This document shows, one piece after another, positions 38,721 to 50,700 of a DNA stretch of 64,000 nucleotides. Position 1 is the first letter of the stretch; each line of letters begins with the position of its first letter. The stretch comes from Macrostomum hystrix (taxonomy: Eukaryota > Animalia > Platyhelminthes). The notes under the pieces are model-generated. The model did not search any database, was not told where the DNA came from, and was given only the letters and a program-made list of their open reading frames with translations. Position numbers and translations under genes: made by a program. The stretch is taken from assembly GCA_950097015.1 (NCBI GenBank), contig CATNEN010000038.1:6696001-6760000 (forward strand). The letters run 5' to 3'.

Positions 38721-40241
38721 AGGTTGTTTACCTTGACAGCTTACATTGTTTTGTAGCTGTTAATGTTTTTGTGGCTGTCTGCCAACTGGGCTCCAATCCC
38801 AGTAGCCAGCTGAAGAGGCTCGGCTCCCCGAGGCCGCCGCCTGAAAGAGCTCCAACCACAACCCCTTGGAGAGGAGCTGTGACCATATCCCGACACTCTC
38901 AGCCGCCCGATAGAAACCGGCCGCGTTGCCTACCCTCCACGACGTAGACGCGGTGCCGGATAGGAGCCTCGGCGAAAGACGCCGGTCAGGCATAACGCGG
39001 GTGTTGTTGTTCTTCTTCTTGTTCTTGCTATTATTATTATTGTTCTTGTTGTTGCGGTTGTAATTGCACAAACAGGCGAGGCATCACTACTGCATCCGTA
39101 ACTTAAAAAACGACGTCTTTCAATAAACAGTGCTCTTTCTCCTTTGCCCCTCGACCAGCCCTGACCGTACTGATAATCCATTTTAACCTACTACCGATCA
39201 GTCTGAGATGGATGGCATTGAAGACAACCGTGATTGCCAACTACAGTAATAATGACTGTTACTGTGTTACTAGGTACTCCATCTTACTTTCATGCACGAC
39301 TCATGAGAATCCAGTGCAAAAGTCATAAGTCGATTGCCGTGATAGCTTCTTCCTGAATAAAACCTGCTGTCCAATAGGAATTGTGGATTGTCCGGTTCTC
39401 AATCTGTATTCTCAGAAAAAGTCAATAATAAACGAAAAAATGTTCAACTGAATTTACAAACGTCACAGTAAAATATCAGCACTACAGCTATATTAAAGGC
39501 TTGCGACGGATGAAAGATTAAAAAAGTGACATTTAGCTACTGAAGTATCTCGTCTATGTTTTTGCACTTAAAATCGGTTTTTAACTATTTCTCTTGTGCG
39601 ACCATGGTGCGACCACGGATAAAATAGCTAGACTGCTTGTACATGCTTTTCTAGGTCTCAAGCTGTAGGCACCGATGTCCTTCACGAGATAGAAGGCTTA
39701 CTTAGGCACCCAGGGCCCTGTCATTTGCCAGTTTTTTTCAGTTGTTGACAGTTCGAGAGGTCATATTTAAATTCGAGAGCCTTGTGCAGCATTAGCAGAT
39801 TCTTCGATATATATATAGCTCCCCCAAATAGGCACTTCCTTGCATGTAATTTATATTAATGCCAGTTTTTCCGACTGTGCATTGTAATTATCTACAAAAA
39901 TGGGACTAAGGAGGTTTGCTTCTGCTCTCATGCGGTGTCGGCAATATCGCGCCCCGCGTTACAACCCTGGGCGCGCTGAAAAAAAACAAAACTTGAATAA
40001 TTTAGCGTGGAGCAGCTCTCTGTCCTGCACAGTCGGTTTACGCTTTGGGATCTTGTCCAGGGATCATTGGCTCATAGGGATTTCCGTCCAATGGCACTGC
40101 AGCAGCTTCCCTTACAGTGATAATTGAGGTCTGGGCGGGACCCAATAAATACGTTACTTCAAAACTAGCCCCCTGCCAAATACTTCACAGCGACAGCTTA
40201 CACATCGACACCACATTGAGGTGCGCATTGAGCAAATCACC

Positions 40242-41513
40242 ATGGACAATCGGACGAATACAACGGAGATTGAGTCAAGCCCAGCCGGCGACCCGACTGA
40301 GTGGTACCACACCGCCAGAATTGTGATGCACTACAGCCAACTCGCTGTGGCCATTGTGGGCATGCTCACCAACTGGCTAAACTTCTGCGTCTTCTGGTGC
40401 GAACCGGTTAGACGTCACTACCTGTCAGTCAGTCTGAGACTGCTATCAGCCTCTGACTTTTTTATCCTGCTGCTCTACGTGATCTCGACACAGACGCACG
40501 TGCAAGATACCGGTGAGTACGCCTGTCTGACCATGAACTACTTGTTCGCGCTGGCCTCCTTCGTCAGTCCTTGGATCCTAGTCGGCATCACGGTGGATCG
40601 CGTCACTTTCATTCGCTCGCCGGCCACAACGGCCGCCGTGCAACAGCGACAGCGTCGTCGAGCCCTGATCGCGCTGTCCTCCGCCCTCATCGGCGGCGTC
40701 GCCTGGAGCTGCCACGTCAAGTGGAGTGTCGGTTTCGGTGTCAACATAGTGTCGGCAAATCGGTCATTTCAATGCGTACCTAGCGGCCCGAACGCTCTGC
40801 AAGTTGTTGACAGCGTTCTGGTTAGCTTTGCTCCATGGCTTCTGCTACTGCTGCTGAATTCCTACATACTGTGCAGGATTCGAGCCCTAGTTGGCAACAT
40901 TGAGCAGCAGTTGCTAAGGCAGCAGCAGCAGCTGCAGCTGCAGCAGCACTACAGCCTGGTGCCGCTCATGGGGTCCCGCGCGGGCTCGGGCTCTATGCCT
41001 CCCTGCCACTGGTCCAAGAACACAGGCGAGGGCGGCTCAAGCCAGCAAAGACAGCAGCAGCATCCGCTGCATCTGCAGCAGCCGGGTCTTCGGCTAATGG
41101 GATCGCGCGGTGACATTTATCGCCAGCAGTGCCAGGTGATTTCTTTGAGTCTCTGATAAGACTAGAAAGCTAGAGCCTCCTGAGGAATTACATCTAACAA
41201 TCACCCCGCTTCCTCACTGTAGGTGACGCACATGCTGCTGGGCTTCTGCATCGCCTACGTCACACTGAACCTACCGAATTACATCATGCTCGTGTTCGGC
41301 AGCGTGATGTTTCGGGGCGTCATCCTGATGGGCTCGCCCGCCTTCCATATGGCCTTCAACATGGCCCGCATGATCGCGCAGCTGCTGCACCTGCTGCACT
41401 TCAGCACTAACAGCCTGATCTACGCCTATGCCAATAAGCAGTTTCGCGTTGCCCTGTGCAACTTCTTCACCAAGTCCTGCCCGTGCAAGTACGACGACGA
41501 AGCTGAGTTTTGA
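40242..41513 (+). CDS. Class A peptide-type GPCR, 2 exons, about 394 aa
   Basis: Exons 40242-41135 and 41223-41513, phase-0 87-nt GT-AG intron. TM1 GMLTN, TM2 LSASD, TM3 TVDRV, TM5 [12 protein letters not shown]6 LNLP, TM7 STNSLIY; N-terminal NRT/NTT sequons. Confidence 0.9.
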
Positions 41514-42461
41514 CTGAAGCTGTCACTTCTTGGAAACTCGAATTTTCCTCTCGCATATCCGTCTGAGCATTAAAGCGTTTTTGCATTAGCTCTTTTTGCG
41601 ATTAAAAGACCGGTACGCTCGTGTCTGTGCCATTGTGTTGCATTACTAGTATTACCCAAACCGAGTATTTTGTTTGACTATTTAAGCTGAACAGGATTTG
41701 ACTATTCTCAGTGTGGTTTTAGGTTTTACTTCTGTGCAAATATTTTTTCTTAGCTTTTTTAATGAAAATCTTTGAAAGCCGATCTATTGACATGTATTTC
41801 AATATTGAATCGATTTATTTCATTTATTGTTCGCTTCTGCATCAAAAACCTGATGAAGTCTTTGTGAATGAACAAGTTTCCACACTATACGAGTACCAAC
41901 TCATTTTACAGCAGTTTATTCTTGCCCTGCACAGTGTTTTACAACAGACGTATTTGATATTTCACGGCGAGTGAACATCCATTTGAAGGAATTATCTGCT
42001 GATCATTCTAATTGTATTTTATGGCCATTTAAACCCGCAAAAAACTGTTTTTTCAGACGCCGCGGTCCGCTTACTAATAAATCTTCTGTCGTCATTTTTT
42101 AAACCGTAATTAAATCCAAACAGTCGTACCGCAAGGCCATGCAAGCAACATGATGCGGGGTGACTCACTATACTTATTCTGCTACTCAGATCTGCAAAGT
42201 TCTGCATATAGAAACTAATTGCTTCCCTTTGTTGTTTCTTCTTTCACGAAAAATTTAAATTCAAGTGGTTTGTGGAAGAGTGGTTGTTTAACTCTAACCC
42301 AGCGATGCAACTTTCATGTCAAATTGATTCCAGACTTGCCAATTAATGTACCGCTTAAAATCATGGATGAAGAAATTTCAGGGTTCCCTGTGCCTTTTTT
42401 ATTCGAAATTATATAATTGGAAAAGTTAGTGAGTAGTTTGTTTATTTTATAAATAGTTACG

Positions 42462-42796
42462 GGAGGGCTGTGCGCAATGGCACATCATTTGATGACACTT
42501 GACCTGCAGCTAGCGAAGAGGCGATTCGGCCCATTTCGCTGACTCCTGAGTGGTGACACAGATACCGTACGCTGGCACACGCTCACACAGGTGTGTACAT
42601 CTGCCCTGACTTTCTCATCGTCAGACAGTGCACATTTCACTGGAGATCGGCCCTAAAGGGCGTACATTTTAGCCACAAGCCCTCAAGCCTTCTCTCCGCG
42701 GCTGCGCTCGAAATAAATGTGGCCTCGCCGCAGAATCGAGCTCAGGGACCTTGGTGCGAGAGGCAAACGCGTTAACCGCTCTGCCACCGACCCACC
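42462..42796 (-). mobile_element. SINE family B, near full length
   Basis: Same head and body as the other family B copies. Confidence 0.85.
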
Positions 42797-43859
42797 TACC
42801 GATGGATGGACCCACCTAACCGTAGCATCGTTGGTGTCTAGACAGACTAATAGAGCAACTGGTGAATGCTTAAAAGCTTTATTTTTTGGTGCTAAACTAT
42901 TCTGGAATACTTCTGTCTGCGGCGGGGCGTCATAAATTTTGGAGCAATTAACTTTAATTGCTTCGCAGTAATTGTTATCGTCTAGCTTTTAAATTATTTT
43001 CTTGCAGCTCCAGTTTACTGCTTCTTGATCATGAGAGTGTTAATTGAAAATAATTTGTGGATTCAACAAGCTGATTGTAAAACAGTCCTGCACAACAGGT
43101 ATGCTAATTATTGTCTGTTAATTAGCTTTGAAGTTTTCCGATGTTACGACGGTACCCTTTGAAGTAATTAATAAGCGAAGATAAGCTAGAGACAGTTGTG
43201 GAGTTGTGAAAAAAATAGTGAGGTCTCGGGCGAAAATGAGAGAAAACAGTGGTATCAGTGTCAGTCAAAAGTGTCAGCGACGGTGGCATAGCAGGGTGTC
43301 AGGTAAAAAATCGAAAATAAGTGAGCTATTAGATATCAATTAAAAAAGTCAGTAAGGTCTCAGGTAAAAAACGGAGAAGATAGTGAAATTGCAAGTTAAA
43401 GTGTCAGTGACCGTGACATATTAGTGACCATCATGTGAATCGCTGACAATGTGAAAGTGCGCAGTATACTTAGAATTTGTTTTCTGCGCTTGTAAATACG
43501 CGAGCCGTAACAGAGACCCAACATATAACTCCCTACAAGAATCTCGTCCCTGACTTGAATGAGAGCCGGTCCATTACAACCTAATTATCTCGTGCCTATC
43601 GAGGCAGATGGTCACGGAAGCAGCAGCAGCAGCCAGAATAGCCAGAAGGGTAAGAAATTAGATTTTCGAGTCATCAGTGAATGAGTACATGTGCAGGCAC
43701 AATGTTAACCTGACGATCAGCAGTTGGGAAAGATCTGGGAGACGCTACTAATTACACTTTTTAAGACTTCGCGTTTGAATTTTATAGAGAGAGAAGGATA
43801 ATTAGAAAGATAGAGGCGAAGAGTGGATAGACCATAGAGGAGAGGAAAGAAAGTAAAGG

Positions 43860-44335
43860 GGCACTGGAAGAAGAGTAATGGGGGAGAGGAAGGAGAGTAA
43901 TGGGGGAGAGGAAGAAGAGTAATGGGGAGACGAAGGTTAGTAATGGGGAAGAGGAAGGAGAGTAATGGGGGAGAGGAAGGAGAGTAATGGGGAGAGGTTG
44001 GATAGTAATGGGGAAGAGGAAGGAGAGTAATGGGGAAGAGGAAGGAGAGTAATGGGGGAGAGGAAGGAGAGAAATAGGGGAGAGGAAGAAGAGTAATAAG
44101 GGAGAGGAAGGAGAGTAATGGGGGAGAGGAAGGAGAGTAATGGGGAGAGGTTGGATAGTAATGGGGAAGAGGAAGGAGAGTAATGGGGAGAGGTTGGATA
44201 GTAATGGGGAAGAGGAAGGAGAGTAATGGGGGAGAGGAAGGAGAGTAATGGGGGAGAGGAAGGAGAGTAATGGGGGAGAGGAAGGAGAGTACTGGGGAGA
44301 GGAAGGAGAGTGAAAGGGGAAGAGGAATGGGAAGT
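43860..44335. repeat. GA-rich minisatellite (GAGAGTAATGGGGGAGAGGAAG-type)
   Basis: Seen directly. Confidence 0.9.
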
Positions 44336-45169
44336 ACTGATAGAGAACAGAATACAGATAATTTATTGCATAACATAACAAGATAAACAAATAGAGGCAC
44401 TTGTGTTTTTATTCCGACGTAACGGCAGATGCTCAACCGCTAACACATGCAGCATTATATGCGATTCACTTTCAATGAGTTTAGCTGCGAATCCGCAAAA
44501 ATTGGCTTTAAATTGAACTCCAACAATAAAATTACAAACGGTGATTTTCCCCCAATTTTATCTATTGAACTAGGTGGCTTTTCTGCTATTAAATTGGCGT
44601 CACGGTATAATGACCAGAAAAGAATTAAGCCTTTGTCAATCCCATCAATTGACGCTAATTTTTTACTGCGAATGGAAAGAAAATGCTTACCGGGCCAGGC
44701 CAGTGACTCACTATGGCGGTGAGAAGGATTTGAGCTCATGTTTAGGAAGATACCTTCAATCTCTCTGACACATCAATGCAAATGGATGCTGCGCTGTGAT
44801 GATGGTTGGTCAGACCTCATTCATCATTCGCTGTGACGGGATTCTGCAAAATAATTATCCCCATTACCATGCAGTGTGCTGGGTAGCCAAATAATTTGTT
44901 TGACCACTTAAACTGGATGTGGGCTGTTGCAGATCGTAATTAACGAAATTGACCCACAGTTACCATACCCTGGCTCTGCATGAATTAAAGCTCCTAATCA
45001 TGTCAGAAGGAACGCACTATCCTCTCCTGATTTTGATTTGTTTCAGAGAATATGATTGCTTTCATTTTCTCAAATATTTAATTAACATTCAATTATTTTA
45101 ATTGGTTGTCATTTTAAAGCTTTATTAGAAATATGTAAAAAAACCGGGCCTCCATCTAAGGTTAAATAC

Positions 45170-45510
45170 GAGGGTGAGTGGCAGAGCGGTCTAACGAGTT
45201 TGCCTTCCACGGAGGTCCCTGAGCTCGATTCCGCAGTAATGACATTTTTATATGGGGCGCAGCCACGGAGAGAAGGGTTGGGCTTGTCGTGCAATTTACG
45301 CCCTTGAGGGCCAACCTCCAAGTCACAGTGAGAGTGTACACTGCCTGACGATGAGAAAGTCAAAGCAGATGTAGATACCTGTGTGGGCGTGTGCCTGCGT
45401 GCACTATCTGTGTACATGTTGCTCAGGAGTCTGCGAAATGGGCAGAATCGCCTCTTCGCTGGCTTCGGATCTAGTGTCACCAAATGGCTTGCCATTGGCC
45501 ACAGCCTTAC
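45170..45510 (+). mobile_element. SINE family B, near full length
   Basis: TGGCAGAGCGG, GCTCGATTCC and the shared body. Confidence 0.85.
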
Positions 45511-47749
45511 TGTAATTATAATTATTATTCTATTACTTCAAGGCTAAATAATCAAAGCAGATCTACCAATAAATTGCATTAAGAAAAAGTAGAAAATGAG
45601 ACATTGAGATTAAGCAACGAGAATAAGTAAAAAAATTGCGATAATATACACCGTTAACTGTACATTTATATTATTTGCTTGCTTTCCCTATCACTCAGGA
45701 TTAGAAAAATCGCAGAGGTCAGCAGCAATTCGCTTTGAAGTTATATGCTTGTAAAATTTAATCAATGGAAATGGAAAAGTACATTCGAACTATTTTGGTT
45801 GGTTTTTAGTTGGCTTGTGCTAGTTGCATTTGAGGCTTTAAATGTGACAACAGCTGTCCCTCGATAAAAGCTGTTGAACGCATGCTCTCTCGTCCGTGTG
45901 GTATCTGCACACAAAAATAAAGTTTTCCTTTACATTTACACTATGTCAGTTACTTTTTGTTGCTTATCTTTCATCTGCTCTTTCCTGTCATCTGCCGTTC
46001 GGTCGGTATTCTTAGCTTCTCTTAGATCCTAATTTTTACACGTTCGATCGCTCTTGTTTAATAAACAAAAATGAGTATGCTAGTAAATAGTACGAGTACA
46101 TACGAGCTATTATAAACAATATATACAAGCATTTCACGGCCTCGCTGAGACTGTCTATGGTAAATTTTGCACTGAATTGTATTCGTATGCTTTCAGTCGG
46201 TTTCACGACCTCGCTGATACTGTCTATGGTACAAGTTGCACTGAATTATATATATGCTTTCAGTCGGTCACCCGCTGAAAATATCTGGGGTGAAAGTTGT
46301 TTTTCTGCATCATGTGGGTGGAGAGCCTCCGCATTGACAATATCAAAATAAACTGTATAATTATGAAATCTAGAGTCAAGACAGTTTGTCTATGGCAAAA
46401 TCTGGCTGCAACAGTGTTGATAAAAACTATATATTTCTTTAATCTACGAGGAATTTTTGCAAATACATTTTTTCAAGTAAAAAAACTTTGTTTTCTACGC
46501 GGGATTGTGCAGTGCAGGAACAGGATTAGTATATTTTGGGAATTATTCGAAAGCTACTAGTGGATGAATTTGTGTATCATTTCATTCTTCTCTATACGAT
46601 GAATACGAGATCGATACGAGATACTGAGTCCATGTTCCAAAATCTTTCATATGGTTCATGAATAGTCTCCGGGTAATTTAATTGGTCCAGACAATAAATT
46701 TATTTTGATGTTCATACCGAGGAGTACTGTAAATAAGTTAACTGAAGAATCCATTCTCTTCACCGTTTTGTTTTCGCAATTGGTTTATTTTTAGTTTGGT
46801 TTGTCCTTTAGTCGTGCCGAAAAGTGCAAGGAAACGTTAATCCTATGGGGCGGCGTAGCTGGACGATCTGAATAAACAAACAGACTCAAGACATCTGGAG
46901 ACCAGTCAAAGGGCAGGGAGGTCTGGCCTTATCTAGAAGAAAAAAATACGATTTGCATACATTGATTCAGTATGAGCTGGGATATGAAAGGAGGCCTGGT
47001 TTGGCTTTGAAGAAATATACGAACCAAAAAATATATATTTACGACAGGATTTCTAAATCTGTGCTAGCCAAGAAAATATTAGGTGCAAGAAAATCGGTTC
47101 ACTCATGCATAGCATTGTTCTGAGCATATCTGCAAACTATTAAAGATGGCTGATAACTAAACACTAATGCAGTGTTACAAAGGTGGTACGCAGGTATAAT
47201 GTCATATTGTTTATAATCAAACAGTACATGTTCATGTTTTGTGCATATACTATGTTAGCCTCACGCTATTGTGGACCGTATCGGTCTGAACTTATGAACA
47301 TGGACCATGCTTTAGAGCATAGAGCCATATACTAAACATTTCAGCAACCTTACGATCAGTACCAAACTTACTGATCGTTTCTAGCAGTAGATAAGACCAC
47401 GGGATATTTAAAATACCAAATACGCACATTTTTGTCTCTTAAAATGTTCAACCAATCGCCATAAAAATCCTGAACACGGCCTACAATTTCCGGTATACAC
47501 AATGATCGAATACCGGTATACCGGTATACCCATGGTTTGGTCCATATGTTGGACTTTCACAAAAACAAGTCATTCGGTTTGGGAGCTATCGAGAATTAGG
47601 CAGTGGGTATTTGAAATGCGCCGCGGTCTTTCTTCTGTTGATTGTACTTTAGAAAAATTGGCTTCTGTCTAAAACGATTAGGTCATTAACAAAATTAGAC
47701 GAAAATTTCTCTTGTACTCAGATTTCAGCTCATTCAGGCTGCACAAGAA

Positions 47750-50700
47750 CTAGAAGCACATGAAATCCAGCGGTTGCTTCTTAAACACGTTAGTCCAGCA
47801 CAGCTCAACGCTCAGCATGAGCAGGCCGATAATGTAGAGACCGATCGTTAGAAAGCAGGTGCCGCCGATGCTCTCCAGGTTGACTGGTGCCGTGGTCATC
47901 TTGATTTCTGGCACGTGGCACTCCGGGTTGCTGACCGGAAAGTACTTCAACCGGATGAGGTTGGCGATGCCAGTCTCCTTCGTGCGCTGGATACTTAAGG
48001 ATTGAAATTTGTGGTAAAAATAAGAACAATAATCAATCACAACTGCCATATGTGCAGCCGACTGCACAGCCGCAGTTTTAGCTGAGCATAGCTACGCTAG
48101 TACATAATAGGGAGCTTTAACAGCGTACATAGGGAACTGAACAGCGTACGGCTGTTCAGTCCATGGACTGTGAGGACGCCATTCTCCACAATCAATTATC
48201 CCAGCTAATGCTGGTACCCATTTAACAGCTGGGTGTACTAAGCAATTCAGAGATAAGTGTCTTGCTAAAGAAAACATATTTTGTTCCAGTGGAGTCGGGA
48301 ATCGAACCACCGATCGTCAAGTCGTGAGTCCGACGCTCTAACCACTAGGCTACAACCCCTTGTAGGTAATGACATGTATAGACCAAGAGATGTTCGATTA
48401 ATTATAATTGGCACTTTAACAAAGAATTGAAGCAAGCAGCGCTCTTAATCTGAAAGGCTATTGGCTGTGTATGACTCGGATGAAAAAAATATGCATCCAA
48501 TTCAGCATATCTCCAGAAATGTTCTTTTAGCCGAGGATTCCCATGACCCGCGGGAAATCTAAAGTCCGCTAAATACTAATGATCAAACGATCGTGCTTCT
48601 GGATACATTATTCAGACTCAGAAAATTGTGAGGCTAGTTTACTCACGCACGATTGAAGGCAGCCGTGTAGTAAGCGTTCTTTGGGAACACTAAACCGTTA
48701 AAGTTGGGATTAAAATAGTCGTTAGTGACGTAGGCCTTGTAGCAGTTATTGTTGGCATAGTAGGCATTCAGGTTCTGATCCATGATGCACACCTGGTAGG
48801 TGTAGTCTGTGTTCATCACCTGTGGTGTTTGGCGATCAGCTCTCATTTTTATTAAACAAGAAAATCAAATAAATAAGAAAGAATACTATGACAAACTCTA
48901 TCAGACTTTCAAAAAGTTTCTTGTTACCGTCCTTACCGTCCCGGCAGACCTGCCCGCTGAGATCCGCTGTCGTAATGCGAACGGGCAGGCGGCGCTGCTG
49001 CCTCGCTGCACGACATTCACCTACCTCGGCGGTCTGGTGCCAAGCGTGCAGGACGACATCGCTCGGCGCAGGGCGCTCGCCTGGGGGGCTTTTCGCTCCC
49101 TGCGAACTGTACTGCAGTGTCCCGCGCTGCCAGACCGGCTGAAGGGGCGTCTGTACCAGGCCGTCATCGAAACTGTGCTCCTGTACAACGCCCACACGTG
49201 GACCCTGACCAGCTCACAGGAGCGGCAGCTGGACGCCGCGCACGCTGCACTTCTGCGCGCTGCCTTCGGAGTCCACTACTCGCCGAACTCCACGACCAAC
49301 ATCAGCAACGACGAGCTGTACCACCGGGCCCAGCTCTGCCGGCCAAGCCAGCTACTCCGCACTCGGCGCTTGCAGCTGGCCGGCCACGTTATCCGTGCGG
49401 AGCAGCGCTGCCCAGAGCCCCTGCAAGATGTGCTGCTGCTTTCCCTGCAGGGACCACGGCGGCGCGGTCAGGCGAGGACACAACGTTTCGTCGACCTGCT
49501 GCTGACTGATGCCGGCATCTCCGACCCTCGCGGACTGATCCTCCTGCGCAGTTCTGCGCTCGCGCGCGCTTTTTGACAGCTTCCCACTCTTTGGCCTCAG
49601 CCAGGGTTGCTGTAGTTTGTTGTTGTTGTTGTTGTTGTTACCGGAATAATGAAGATCCTACATTGAAAGCTGTCTGCGCTCTAAACTTTGTGCAAGATAA
49701 GATCCAAGCTAAGCATTTTCTGATCCTCAAATCCTTAGGCCTGTATCGCAGGACAAATATTCTTTGTGCTCGAGGCACTATTTGATGTGTTCTCTATTCA
49801 AATTTCAAATGCCAAATTTGCAGCATGACAAAGCGATTGAAGCAAAGCGCGAAGACAGTGAATTCCGCAGGCTACTTTAGAAGCAACTGAAGCAAAGCAG
49901 GGAACCCCGGAGTTGTATTACAGCCTAGGACATCACTCAGCTGACTGAGTTGAGTAACTGGGCCACTTCCTTCCTTGTCTTTATCTCTCAGTTCCACTCC
50001 AAGTCAAAGCCATTTACTTAATGCAAAGTCTTATCCAGGCCAAAAACAGATCTTGCGGTGATCTGGTGTAGGCTTCATGTTATGAGTAGGGGATAGAAAT
50101 GCTTTAAATTTCACCCACTGTAGCTCACTCCTCCTTAGCCACACGACAAAATATTTTGAGAGTCTCAATCTTCCGCCAGTCACTCTCCTATCTGCCAGTG
50201 ACTGCCTTATCTGCAAGTTACTGTCTTATCTGCCAGTCACTCTCTTATCTGCCAGTCACTCTCTTATCTGCCAGTTACTGTATTATCTGCCAGTCACTGT
50301 CTTATCTGCCAGTCACTCTCTCTTATCTGCCAGTCACTGTCTTATCTGCCAGTCACTCTCTTATCTGCCAGTCACTCTCTTATCTGCCAGTCACTGTCTT
50401 ATCTGCCAGTCACTCTCTTATCTGCCAGTCACTCTCTTATCTGCCAGTCACTCTCTTATCTGCCAGTCACTCTCTTATCTGCCAGTCACTCTCTTATCTG
50501 CCAGTTACTGTACTCGTATTACGAGTATTACTCGTATCTGCTGTCTTATCTGCCAGTTACTGTATTATCTGCTGTCTTATCTGCCAGTTATTGTATTATC
50601 TGCTGTCTTATCTGCCAGTCACTCTCTCTTATCTGCCAGTCACTCTCTTATCTGCCAGTCACTGTCTTATCTGCCAGTCACTCTCTTATCTGCCAGTCAC

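Noticed and set aside
48285-48360. tRNA genes at SINE heads (also 31315, 37040, 37715, 42720, 45170)
   Set aside because: Broken stems, variable between copies, and always followed by a SINE body.
48809-48929. N-terminal part of the 255-aa RT ORF
   Set aside because: Host intron/exon sequence that happens to be in frame upstream of the TSD, not part of the element.
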